Shown here: piece after piece, positions 49,814 to 58,877 of the stretch
How positions within the stretch are numbered: the stretch's first letter is position 1
Layout of the letters: the number at the start of each line of letters is the position of its first letter
Origin: Epsilonproteobacteria bacterium UBA6211
Lineage (GTDB): Bacteria; Campylobacterota; Campylobacteria; Campylobacterales; Arcobacteraceae
DNA length: 64,000 nt
Assembly: GCA_002421845.1 (NCBI GenBank)
Contig: DISL01000037.1
Coordinates: 17,623 to 81,622 of the forward strand
Direction of reading: 5' to 3'
Notes under the pieces: model-generated
Told to the model about the DNA's origin: nothing
Seen by the model: only the letters and a program-made list of their open reading frames with translations
The model's database searches: none
Made by a program: the position numbers and the translations under genes

Positions 49814-50302
49814 ATGAAAAAGTCAAATGAATACGGTTACAATCCAAAGGTGTATGTTTTTGAGTACAACAACTTCAAAAGAGCTATTGCGGTTTTGGCA
49901 ACTGTTGCCGTATTTACTGCGGGATTGCTTTTGATTATAGAGATTCCAAATATCTTCACGGTAGTGTTTGGAGTTGTTATAACCATGTGGAGTTTTATGA
50001 AGACTTTGGATATTTTGCTTTTGAAACATCTAGTTATAAACGGCAGACGTATTACCAAACAATGGTATGTTTTGGGTGAAATAAGTATGGATATATCTAC
50101 CGTAACGGCAATACCTTTCAAGATAATAGGTATCGGTATGATAAAGTTCATAGATGAAGAAAAATCGTATTTCGAAAATCTTTTGATGACTTTTATGACG
50201 TTTCCCTCTGATATAGGCGGCAAAAACGTATGTTATACCATAAAAGATATTCTAAAAAATCAACACCTTATAAAAGGTGACGGTTATGACTGGATTGAGT
50301 AA
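49814..50302 (+). CDS. Hypothetical membrane protein (2 TM)
   Basis: AAGGAG RBS; two hydrophobic segments. Confidence 0.75.
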   Translation: MKKSNEYGYNPKVYVFEYNNFKRAIAVLATVAVFTAGLLLIIEIPNIFTVVFGVVITMWSFMKTLDILLLKHLVINGRRITKQWYVLGEISMDISTVTAIPFKIIGIGMIKFIDEEKSYFENLLMTFMTFPSDIGGKNVCYTIKDILKNQHLIKGDGYDWIE

Positions 50303-50362
50303 GATTTTGTATTCAAATATTAAAATATATGCTATAATACATCTAAAAACATATATTATAAT

Positions 50363-50680
50363 ATGGAGTTAAATATGGTTGCATATACACAGAATGAAAT
50401 GGTAGGGGTTACCGAATTGTCAAAATCATTGAGTGGTTTTATAGATAAGGTTGCATCTAATTCTATAGAAAAACTAGCAGTTATTAGGCATAATAAGCCT
50501 GAAGTTGTTATATTGTCTATTGCTGAATATGAAAGAATGAAAGAACTAAATGACTATATAGAAGCATCAGAAATAGCTGATATTATCAAATCAAGAGTTA
50601 CAAATAGGACAACAAAAGCTAATATGATAACTCATGATGAAATGAAGCAATTTCTTAAATCAAGAGGTTGTAATGTATAA
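50363..50680 (+). CDS. Phd/YefM-like antitoxin
   Basis: VGVTELSK..EKLAVIRHNKPEVVILSIAEYE. Confidence 0.85.
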   Translation: MELNMVAYTQNEMVGVTELSKSLSGFIDKVASNSIEKLAVIRHNKPEVVILSIAEYERMKELNDYIEASEIADIIKSRVTNRTTKANMITHDEMKQFLKSRGCNV

Positions 50681-50981
50681 ACTGGAATATTATCCAGAGG
50701 TTATGGATGATTTGTCAAAGTTGCCTTTGGAGGTTTTGCAAGAAGTAGGGGACTATTTCAACAAATATGAAACAGACCCATATAAATATAGTGCTAAACT
50801 TTTCAATCAAAATGGACTAAATCTTGAAGGTTACCGTAAGACTTATTTAGCCAATGCAACTTATAGAATCATCATTAAGATAGAAAATAAAGTTGCAAAA
50901 ATAGTAGAAGTGGTAGCCGTAGGTCAAAGAAACAATAAAATAGTTTATCAAGATGCCTTTGATAGAGTCAAAAAACAATAA
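50673..50981 (+). CDS. RelE/ParE family toxin
   Basis: YKLEYYPEV..LEGYRK..YRII..VVAVGQR. Confidence 0.85.
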   Translation: MYKLEYYPEVMDDLSKLPLEVLQEVGDYFNKYETDPYKYSAKLFNQNGLNLEGYRKTYLANATYRIIIKIENKVAKIVEVVAVGQRNNKIVYQDAFDRVKKQ

Positions 50982-51202
50982 TTGCTATAGTCAACTTTCT
51001 GTTGAAATAGGTATGAATTCAATAGGAGATACACACCTAATTTTTTATCAACCTATCTTTTAGGTTATAATATTTTTATCTTGATTGACTTGATGAGCTT
51101 GATAATGATTGAATTAATTAATTCTGGGATTAATATATTTTCAAATAGTATTATGCAAATTTATGGTATAATCAGTAAAATTTTGAAAGGAACTGTTATA
51201 TT

Positions 51203-51493
51203 ATGGCAACAAAAGAGGAAATCTTGGCATTTTTAAAAGAACATAAAAATGAGTTGTATAATAGATTTTCAGTTACAAAAATAGGGCTATTTGGAAGTTA
51301 TGCTAAAGATGAAGCAGACGAATCAAGTGATATAGATATAGCGATAAGTACGGAAAATAAAGATTTTTTTATAAGAGAAGATTTAAAAGATTATCTACAA
51401 GAACATTTTCAAAAGCCTGTTGATATAGGCTATATAGATAGCTTTAGAGAATTTTATAAAAAAAGAATATCAAAAGAGATTCTATATGCCTAA
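51203..51493 (+). CDS. MNT antitoxin
   Basis: IGLFGSYAKD..SDIDI. Confidence 0.92.
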   Translation: MATKEEILAFLKEHKNELYNRFSVTKIGLFGSYAKDEADESSDIDIAISTENKDFFIREDLKDYLQEHFQKPVDIGYIDSFREFYKKRISKEILYA

Positions 51494-51932
51494 TAACTCC
51501 AAAAGAGATATAGAACTTTTTATTGTTGATACATTTGTATCTATTTATAAAATCAAGCAATATACAAAACCATTTAGTGATGGCTACTCTTTACAAAGCA
51601 ATATCCTTCACTGGGATGCAACGATGAGAGCTTTTGAGCTAATAGGTGAATCGTTGAATATTTTGTTAGATAATGAAAGTTTTAAAAGCCTTGCCCCTGC
51701 TTATTTTAGAAAAATAGTAAATTTCAGAAATGTGATAGTTCATGGATATTTTGGTATTAGTGCCGATGAAGTATGGGATATTATTGTAAATAAGTTAGAT
51801 GATTTGAATAATGATTTGTTGCAAATAGTTCATGAAAACTATAATTTGAGTGAGGCTATAAATTCAACTATCAAAGAGTATGAAGCCTTTAATGAAAAAG
51901 AAATTGTAAAATACCTAAAAGGCATAAAATAG
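51486..51932 (+). CDS. HEPN/HepT toxin
   Basis: ELIGES..RNVIVHGYFG. Confidence 0.9.
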   Translation: MPNNSKRDIELFIVDTFVSIYKIKQYTKPFSDGYSLQSNILHWDATMRAFELIGESLNILLDNESFKSLAPAYFRKIVNFRNVIVHGYFGISADEVWDIIVNKLDDLNNDLLQIVHENYNLSEAINSTIKEYEAFNEKEIVKYLKGIK

Positions 51933-51959
51933 TATTTCCTCTTCAAAAATAGTTACTAA

Positions 51960-53222
51960 CTACTGCACCTTATAAAACTTTTTACGCTCTTTAGAAGATG
52001 GTATATTTTCTAGTTTTCTATATTTTGTGACGCTTCTTCGTACCATGTCTATACCGAATCTTTGTTTTATTTGGACTAGCATATCATCATCCGTCAGAGG
52101 ATTTTCATGGTCTTCAAACTCTATGAGTTTTTTCATAAAGCTTTTTATCTCGCTTGATGATGTATCTTCGTCATTTACCGCATTGGTAAAAAAATCTTTA
52201 AGAGCATATACACCTCTGCCGCACTCTATGTATTTATTTGATACGGCTCTGCTTATGGTGGATTCGGCAAATCCAAGCTCACTAGCTATTTCAGCCATTT
52301 TAAGCGGTTTTAGCTCACCTCCTACAAAAAAAGAGAGTTGTTTTTCTACTATGCTAAGGACTAGTTTATAAAGGGTAGATTTTCGTAAATTGAGCAAGTT
52401 TACTAGATTTTTTGCCTCTTTGATTTTCTCTTTTATATCTTCGTTTTGACAGGCAAACGGCTCTTTTACCACAATATCAGGATAATAACTACTATTTATC
52501 CTAAGTTTTATATCATTGTCTATTTCCACGAAAAAATCAGGGATGATTCTCTCTTCGTTATCTATATATTCCAATGCCGGTGGATTTTTGAAAGTTTTTA
52601 TTATATCTTTTGCTTTCGTAAATAAATGATGGGTTGAATATTTATCTATTTTTTCTATATTTTCGATGAGTTTTTTTGTAAATTTCAGTAGTTCATTATC
52701 CAAGTCAAGCTCACTAAGCTGAAACAAAAACGACTCTTTATAGTCCACTGCCCCAACACCGCTAGGCTCTAGGTAAGCAAATCTTTGTCTGATACTCTCC
52801 ACAAACTCGTTTGTGACGTGGTTATCTATCGCAATAGCTTCTATATTCCCCTCAAAATAGCCGTATTCACTTAGATTTTCTATGATGTCGTGTGCTATTT
52901 TTTGTGATTTAGGGGTAGGAAATAAGGGAGGCTCTATCTGATCAAACAGCCTTTCATAAAAAGACTGGTTACTTACGGCTAGTTCTTCCACAAACTCACC
53001 GCTTCTATAGTAAGTATCGCTATTTTGCATATAATACGGCGTTGCATTTACCGTTTTATAATAGTCTTTTGTCTCGACTGGAGATTTTATATCTACAAAA
53101 GGGTTTTCGTTTTTGTATCCGTTTAAGTGGGTTTCAAGCTCAGTAAGTGAGCTTTGTAAGATTGGTAGCCACATTTTGAGGCTAAGTCCGACTTGAAGTT
53201 CTTGTTTGTGTGCTAGTTTCAT
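51960..53222 (-). CDS. rpoN: RNA polymerase sigma-54 factor
   Basis: ESTISRAVSNKY HTH; RpoN box VRRSVTKYR. Confidence 0.95.
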   Translation of the reverse strand: MKLAHKQELQVGLSLKMWLPILQSSLTELETHLNGYKNENPFVDIKSPVETKDYYKTVNATPYYMQNSDTYYRSGEFVEELAVSNQSFYERLFDQIEPPLFPTPKSQKIAHDIIENLSEYGYFEGNIEAIAIDNHVTNEFVESIRQRFAYLEPSGVGAVDYKESFLFQLSELDLDNELLKFTKKLIENIEKIDKYSTHHLFTKAKDIIKTFKNPPALEYIDNEERIIPDFFVEIDNDIKLRINSSYYPDIVVKEPFACQNEDIKEKIKEAKNLVNLLNLRKSTLYKLVLSIVEKQLSFFVGGELKPLKMAEIASELGFAESTISRAVSNKYIECGRGVYALKDFFTNAVNDEDTSSSEIKSFMKKLIEFEDHENPLTDDDMLVQIKQRFGIDMVRRSVTKYRKLENIPSSKERKKFYKVQ

Positions 53223-53227
53223 CTTAA

Positions 53228-53259
53228 CCCTCCCTTTGAGAATTGAAGCAAAAAGAGGG
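53228..53259 (-). promoter_or_regulatory. Hairpin occluding the rpoN Shine-Dalgarno
   Basis: mRNA CCCUCUUUUUG / CAAAGGGAGGG 11-bp stem ending 5 nt before AUG. Confidence 0.55.
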
Positions 53260-53271
53260 CTGATGAAGATT

Positions 53272-53568
53272 TTAGTATCTTATTCTTACGACACCGTTAG
53301 CTTTTGCTATTTTCATTTGGCAGCTAAGTCTTGAGTTTGGTGTACAAGTACCGCTACAAATCTCTTTTAGGACTTTTACTTCTTTGTCTGTAAGAGGAGT
53401 CAAAAACTCCATACCTTGTTCTATCTCAACCACGCATGTACCACATTCACCGTCACGGCAACCAAATGGTAATGCACTTCCACTTGCTTCTACTATATCT
53501 TGAATCGTACTTCCAGGCTTTACGTTTATAGCTAGGAAATCGTTTTTTATTTCTACTCTAGTTGTCAT
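53272..53568 (-). CDS. 2Fe-2S ferredoxin
   Basis: FGCRDGECGTC..RLSCQ. Confidence 0.93.
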   Translation of the reverse strand: MTTRVEIKNDFLAINVKPGSTIQDIVEASGSALPFGCRDGECGTCVVEIEQGMEFLTPLTDKEVKVLKEICSGTCTPNSRLSCQMKIAKANGVVRIRY

Positions 53569-53637
53569 CTTTTATCCTTCTAATTGTATCAAATATAAAC
53601 AATAAACATTCATTCAAACTGTATAAAAAATATACTA

Positions 53638-53982
53638 CTATCCTCTATAAGGTTTGATAAGAACATCACCTTTAACAAGCATTTGACATGCAAGTCTAAC
53701 TCTTGGACTGATTGTGAATTGTTGACAGTGACTTGCCTCTTTGGCAGTAATAGCACCAAGTTCCACAAGCTTATCAAGTTCAAAATCCTCCATATAGCTA
53801 GTAGGCTCTTTATTTGATATATGCTCGACAGTTACCAAACAACTACCGCAGTTTCCCTCTTGACATTCAAAACCGATAGGAATTCTCTTTTCCTTTGCAA
53901 GTCTAACTATCGGTTCACCGATTTTTGCATCATAAAGACCGTCTGTATCTTTATCAAAATGCATAAATATAACTTTTGCCAT
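53638..53982 (-). CDS. 2Fe-2S ferredoxin
   Basis: FECQEGNCGSC..RLACQ; start revised. Confidence 0.92.
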   Translation of the reverse strand: MAKVIFMHFDKDTDGLYDAKIGEPIVRLAKEKRIPIGFECQEGNCGSCLVTVEHISNKEPTSYMEDFELDKLVELGAITAKEASHCQQFTISPRVRLACQMLVKGDVLIKPYRG

Positions 53983-53995
53983 CCACACTCCTTTT

Positions 53996-54319
53996 TTAAG
54001 ATTGAGCTTTTGAAGCTCTGTATTCTCTTATCCATCTTAGTTCTTCTTGAACTTCATCTTCATAATCTTCAAGCAAATTTAGTTCGAAATCTCTAGCCCC
54101 CACGGCTTCTACCAAATTGCCTTCACACATAAGATGAACCTCATAAACCTTGATAGTTTGCAAGAAATCACCTATTTTTCTTATATATCCGACAGAACCT
54201 TTTTTTGCGAGAAGCTCACCGACTTTTGCGTAAGGATAAGTTCCGTCATTTTTAATATCCACCGCCAGTTCTACTTTTTGCCCTACGCGAAATTTTGGCA
54301 TAATATCATCATGACGCAT
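53996..54319 (-). CDS. nifZ: NifZ
   Basis: PKFRVGQKV..IKNDGTYP..G..GY...G.FLQ..YEVH. Confidence 0.92.
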   Translation of the reverse strand: MRHDDIMPKFRVGQKVELAVDIKNDGTYPYAKVGELLAKKGSVGYIRKIGDFLQTIKVYEVHLMCEGNLVEAVGARDFELNLLEDYEDEVQEELRWIREYRASKAQS

Positions 54320-54332
54320 TGCTTACTCCTTA

Positions 54333-54580
54333 AGTCATCCAAACTAATAAAACTTTCAAAAAGAGACTATAGATTAGTGCTAGTGCAAGGCAGAATTTAG
54401 AAGCTCTACATCGTAAAGCGAGAAATTCTAACGAAGCAATAGTGCTGATATATAGTCTTATAACTACTCTAATACGGCGTTGTCAAATCTTGAAATACGA
54501 TTGTATTCCTGCGATTTTCCGCCTTGTCTTAGAGCAGTTCTAAAACTACTTTTTTAAGTTTTATTATCGTTTGGATGACT
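54333..54580 (-). repeat. About 248-bp structured repeat (MITE-like), copy 1
   Basis: Terminal IR AGTCATCCAAAC..GTTTGGATGACT; near-identical inverted copy at 61698-61943. Confidence 0.85.
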
Positions 54581-54905
54581 AACACCCACAGCTATTGCCT
54601 GGAGTCGGTGTACAACCCATACAGCCCATTAGTTTGTTGCTGTCGTACATTTTCCAAACATCTGCTGCACTTGGTGAGTATCCGTTTTTGAAATCCCCAT
54701 AAACTTTTAGCAATGAAAACTTCAAAAAATCAAACAGTTGATTTTCTTCTTTGAAATTTTCAAAGCCTTTTTTTATGAGGTTTCCGTATTCACGTAGTAT
54801 GTGAAATCTTTTTACGTTTACTAGTTTTTCGTCATAATTTACATCAAAAAACTCAAAATATTCCTCTGCATCTTGCAGTTTATAAAATTCGTTTATGCTT
54901 TTCAT
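54579..54905 (-). CDS. nifW: NifW
   Basis: LQDAEEYFEFFDVNYDEKLVNVKRFHIL. Confidence 0.9.
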   Translation of the reverse strand: MKSINEFYKLQDAEEYFEFFDVNYDEKLVNVKRFHILREYGNLIKKGFENFKEENQLFDFLKFSLLKVYGDFKNGYSPSAADVWKMYDSNKLMGCMGCTPTPGNSCGC

Positions 54906-54915
54906 AGGTTATCCT

Positions 54916-55317
54916 TTATGAACAAGGTGTATCTGTCATATGAAAACAGCTATCATCCATTACGTTTTTGATTTTTTTGTCTATTTGCGTAGTAAGAGCA
55001 TCTTCATCTTTTTCGCCTGTTCTTATTCTCTCCACACCGCCTACGTTTAGCCACCAGATTTTACCTGCACCGTGTCCTAAATCTTGACAATTTGATCTAA
55101 TACATTCCATAGCGGTTTCTCTTATTTTTGCATTTGAAACTACTATTTCTACTTTTACTTTAGGATAAAAATCTGCTTTTTGCCCATGTTCGCTAAATCC
55201 GATATTACCCATACCGTACACATCAACTATAGTGATACCCTCTATGTGTTTTTTTCTCAAATCTTCCACCACGTTTTGAAGATTTTCTTTGTTAAATACA
55301 GCTACTACTAAAAACAT
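54916..55317 (-). CDS. Non-canonical P-II family protein
   Basis: GITIVDVYGMG, PKVKVEIVV, GAGKIW, RIRTGE; short T-loop; two Cys in the tail. Confidence 0.88.
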   Translation of the reverse strand: MFLVVAVFNKENLQNVVEDLRKKHIEGITIVDVYGMGNIGFSEHGQKADFYPKVKVEIVVSNAKIRETAMECIRSNCQDLGHGAGKIWWLNVGGVERIRTGEKDEDALTTQIDKKIKNVMDDSCFHMTDTPCS

Positions 55318-55330
55318 TTTTGACTCCTTA

Positions 55331-55407
55331 ATTCGTAAGTTGTTAGTCGTAATTCGTAAGTTGCAAGAAGATAAAACTACTTACGATTCACGATTTACGA
55401 TTCACGG
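55331..55407. repeat. Inverted heptamer arrays before the P-II RBS
   Basis: tcgtaag ttgttag tcgtaat tcgtaag .. cttacga ttcacga tttacga ttcacgg. Confidence 0.75.
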
Positions 55408-55923
55408 TTATATCTCTTTTTTAAGACTCTCAATCCAACTCTCAACCCTATCACTTGTTTTGTTGCTTTCGTTATGCTCATCTATAGCTAGACCGCACAA
55501 TTTACCGTCTATCAATGCCAACGAACTCTCAAAATCATACTCACTAGCATCTACAAACCCAATAGCCTTGGCACCCTTTGCGGTAAATGATTTATAAAGT
55601 TTCCCTAAGGCACTACAGAAATGCTCACCGTGTTTCTTGGCATCTCCTGCACCGAAAAACGCCACTTTCTTACCGCTTAAATCCATATCGCTTTCATCAA
55701 GTTCAAGAAGTATATCTACCCATCCGTACTGAACATCACCTTGACCCCATGTAGAACTTCCCAAAAATAAAACATCATATTGTTCAAATTGTTCCAGTTC
55801 GTCAAAATCCTCTTCTATATTTATAGCGTCACTATCATCTATATCAAAAGCCTCTTGTAAAGCGTCTGCTACTATTTTCGTAGTTCCACCGCATGTTCCG
55901 TAAAATATTCCGATATTTGCCAT
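55408..55923 (-). CDS. Long-chain flavodoxin (NifF-like)
   Basis: GIFYGTCGGTT, SSTWGQG, FFGAGD, GLAIDE. Confidence 0.93.
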   Translation of the reverse strand: MANIGIFYGTCGGTTKIVADALQEAFDIDDSDAINIEEDFDELEQFEQYDVLFLGSSTWGQGDVQYGWVDILLELDESDMDLSGKKVAFFGAGDAKKHGEHFCSALGKLYKSFTAKGAKAIGFVDASEYDFESSLALIDGKLCGLAIDEHNESNKTSDRVESWIESLKKEI

Positions 55924-55926
55924 ATT

Positions 55927-56358
55927 TTATCCTTTGTATGAATTATAAATTTTTATTCCGTCACTCAAAAACTTCTCACCTGCTAGTTGTAAGTCTTCTA
56001 ACGTTCTATATCCAAATCTATGGGCATCTTTGAAGAACTTGTCCACAACCACTATTTTGTCGGCTATGACTACGGCTCTACCAAATCCTTCGTGACTCAT
56101 TTCCATTACTACATTACACATTACACCGGTTACTTTTTCAAAAGCAAGTGCAAGAGCTTGAAAAATAAGTCTTATATCTTTTGTCTGAACATCGTCAATA
56201 TCAGCTATGATTGGGATATTTTTCAAATCTTCTTTGGTTTTTATGTATTTCATAGTCAAAAGCTCATCATCACTTTTGTTTTCCCACGACCCAAATTGAT
56301 CCAAAGCCCTTATCTGACCGACCAATGTTTTTCTGAATAACTCTTGTAAATTTTCCAT
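55927..56358 (-). CDS. NifX-associated protein (DUF269)
   Basis: RALDQFGSW, MSHEGFGR, DAHRFG. Confidence 0.9.
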   Translation of the reverse strand: MENLQELFRKTLVGQIRALDQFGSWENKSDDELLTMKYIKTKEDLKNIPIIADIDDVQTKDIRLIFQALALAFEKVTGVMCNVVMEMSHEGFGRAVVIADKIVVVDKFFKDAHRFGYRTLEDLQLAGEKFLSDGIKIYNSYKG

Positions 56359-56771
56359 TACATACCCTTTGCAGATACTATTTTTTTGATAAACGGAGGA
56401 GGGTTAGACCCAAGCATAGACGATAGTTTGTTTACCTCTTGCTCTATGGAAACCACCTCTTTATATTTGATAGGAAAAATCTTATTGTTTATCACTTTAG
56501 CCGCAGCTATCGGACCTATATCAAGGAAATAAACTATATCTATCCCTTTGAGTGCATTTATGATATTTGCTGTTTTATCACCATCTTTGTCTTTTTCTTC
56601 TTTTGTATGAATTATCCCGCTCATTTGATTATCATCTTTGGATACGTCATATACGGCAAACTTTTGACATGAGCCGAAATGTGCATCGATATTTTGCATA
56701 TCGTTTGTTGCAAAAGCTACTTTTAGACCGTTTATCTCTTTGTTCGTAGATATTTTTATATTTGTATTCAT
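56358..56771 (-). CDS. nifX: NifX
   Basis: LKVAFATND..DAHFG, IGPIAAAK, PPPFIKK; directly after nifN. Confidence 0.92.
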   Translation of the reverse strand: MNTNIKISTNKEINGLKVAFATNDMQNIDAHFGSCQKFAVYDVSKDDNQMSGIIHTKEEKDKDGDKTANIINALKGIDIVYFLDIGPIAAAKVINNKIFPIKYKEVVSIEQEVNKLSSMLGSNPPPFIKKIVSAKGM

Positions 56772-58042
56772 AGATGTTCCTTGTGATGGTTTACGGTATT
56801 TGCCACTTCAAACAAAAAATAGCAACTCCCCTCATATAACAAATCATTTTTAAGGGCATTTCCTACATCTTCATAGTTTGGATAACCTCTTAAAACCAAT
56901 CCTTTACTATACTTTCTTGCAATTTGTATTCCGTGGAAGTTTGTAATCAAAATTTCATACTCATTTTGGTAACTTTCTAAATCATAAAAGTCACCTACAA
57001 CAACTTCCAAAGCTTTTATTTTGTCGTTTAGAGGTGATTTCTCACTTACTATTGCTATACTCACTACTCCACCGGCTTCACTAAGAAGTTCACAGACACT
57101 ATGTACCTCGTCATTTTGTCCAACAACTGAAAACTTGGAGCTACCTATGGCAAAGTGCGTATCAAGTAAGGCATCTTGAAGCCTTTTTCTCCATCTTATG
57201 ACTTTTGGATGTACGGAAGTCAAACCTCTTTTTTCCATTACTATTTTATAAAACGCATCACTATTTATAAGTCCGTTAAGGGAATCAAAATGTACAAGTG
57301 AGCTATTTGGATTTATCTCTTTGATGAAAGTTTCTCCGCACTCTTTGACGCTAAATCCTACCGTGATGACCAAAGAACTATTGCCCAACTCTTTTATATC
57401 TTGATAATCTATCCCACCGCTTGTAAGAGTTGATGGTTTTTCATCCAAATGACCGTCGAGAGAAAGGCTAATATCCGGCAAAGCAAAAGGTAAATACCCA
57501 AATAGTTCTAGTTGTTCTTTGATTTTTTCAACCTCTATGGGTTTTAGATTTGCATTTGGTATGATAAGAGCTTTGTTTGCATCTATTTGTGTGGTTTTTG
57601 TTATGAGTTGTTTTATGATAGCCGATACCGCTTTTGAGTATCCACTTTCAAATCCACCCTCAAAATCAGGTGTATTTACCCAGACTATAGGTTGTTCTTC
57701 TCTTATTAGTTCACTCACCGCTCGTATATCATCCCCTTTTGTTTCCGTGAGTCCAGTGGTATGAAGTCCTATTATATCAGGTGTTACTTTTGCAGTGATG
57801 TTTTTTAGACTCTCTAGCACTCCCCAATGTCCACCGTCTATGACTGCCGTTATGTCATTTACTGCCGTAGTTTGCATAGCTATCGGGTCGTTAAAATGTC
57901 TTGTAAAAAATACCTTAGTAAAACTAGCACATCCCAAAGCCCCGTGCATCAAAGGCATACATCTATTAAGCCCCAAAAATGCAAGAGTAGCCCCCATAGG
58001 TTGGGATAGTTTGGTCGGATTTATTTGAAGTGGTTTTTGCAT
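56768..58042 (-). CDS. nifN: FeMo-co scaffold protein NifN
   Basis: NPTKLSQPMGA, HGALGCASF, PIAMQTTA, DALLDTHF. Confidence 0.95.
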   Translation of the reverse strand: MQKPLQINPTKLSQPMGATLAFLGLNRCMPLMHGALGCASFTKVFFTRHFNDPIAMQTTAVNDITAVIDGGHWGVLESLKNITAKVTPDIIGLHTTGLTETKGDDIRAVSELIREEQPIVWVNTPDFEGGFESGYSKAVSAIIKQLITKTTQIDANKALIIPNANLKPIEVEKIKEQLELFGYLPFALPDISLSLDGHLDEKPSTLTSGGIDYQDIKELGNSSLVITVGFSVKECGETFIKEINPNSSLVHFDSLNGLINSDAFYKIVMEKRGLTSVHPKVIRWRKRLQDALLDTHFAIGSSKFSVVGQNDEVHSVCELLSEAGGVVSIAIVSEKSPLNDKIKALEVVVGDFYDLESYQNEYEILITNFHGIQIARKYSKGLVLRGYPNYEDVGNALKNDLLYEGSCYFLFEVANTVNHHKEHL

Positions 58043-58077
58043 ATCGCTAACCTCTGTTTTTATGTAGAAAGGTTCAT

Positions 58078-58093
58078 TGCAATTAGTATTCCA
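58078..58093 (-). promoter_or_regulatory. sigma54 promoter of the nifN operon
   Basis: TGG-AATACTAATT-GCA. Confidence 0.75.
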
Positions 58094-58245
58094 CGGATTT
58101 GCTAAATTAACAGTAATCTTACAAAATATATGAAATTATTTAATGAATAGATTAATATTAATTGTGTTAAAATAAATAAATAAAATCTATACTTATTAAT
58201 ATTTCAAATAAGTTGAATCAAAATTCTATAAGGTAATATTATCAA

Positions 58246-58686
58246 ATGAAGCAATATGATGAATGGAATGAAATCAAAAAACAAACTCAACAAATAAATT
58301 CTAATCTATGTATAAAAGCAAGGGAAATTTATTGGACTAGAATAGGTATTAATATAGGAAATGAAGAATATGGAAAAGGAAGTGATTTTGTCCGACCCGT
58401 GATTATTATAAGACAACTTACTCATGATTTATTTATAGGTGTTCCGACTACCACAACTATCAAAAGTAATAATGATTATTTTCACAATATAAGCTATCGT
58501 GAAAAAATAAACCATACTGTAGTTCAGAGTTCAGCTATGATATTACAGCAAAAGGTATTTAGTAAAAAGAGGCTTTTAAGTAAAATAGGAACCGTTAATA
58601 AAGAAGAATTTAAAGTTATAGTATTAAAATTGAAGAATCTGATTGACCCCACCGAAGTGGTGGGTCTGCCCGAAGGCGAATTGTAA
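58246..58686 (+). CDS. PemK/MazF-like toxin (no adjacent antitoxin)
   Basis: EIYW..IG.NIG.E..GKG..F.RPV. Confidence 0.8.
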   Translation: MKQYDEWNEIKKQTQQINSNLCIKAREIYWTRIGINIGNEEYGKGSDFVRPVIIIRQLTHDLFIGVPTTTTIKSNNDYFHNISYREKINHTVVQSSAMILQQKVFSKKRLLSKIGTVNKEEFKVIVLKLKNLIDPTEVVGLPEGEL

Positions 58687-58728
58687 AAGCATTGTATCAT
58701 ATAATTAATAAAAATTCAAGAGTTTCCA

Positions 58729-58744
58729 CGGAATACCTTTTGCA
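58729..58744 (+). promoter_or_regulatory. sigma54 promoter
   Basis: CGG-AATACCTTTT-GCA. Confidence 0.7.
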
Positions 58745-58778
58745 TACACTTCTTTAAATATATACAAAGGAGTGTACG

Positions 58779-58874
58779 ATGGACGTATGGTATTCAATAG
58801 GACTTGCAGTTGCAGGATATTTGGTTTTATTTGTTGCTTTAGCCGTTCACTCTGAAAAAACAAGTGCGGAGTAG
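58779..58874 (+). CDS. 31-aa single-TM small protein
   Basis: AAGGAG RBS; MDVWYSIGLAVAGYLVLFVALAVHSEKTSAE; stop 3 bp before the next gene. Confidence 0.65.
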   Translation: MDVWYSIGLAVAGYLVLFVALAVHSEKTSAE

Positions 58875-58877
58875 GGT

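Noticed and set aside
54134..54400. ORF as a transposase for the MITE-like repeat
   Set aside because: Antisense to nifZ, with no transposase motifs.
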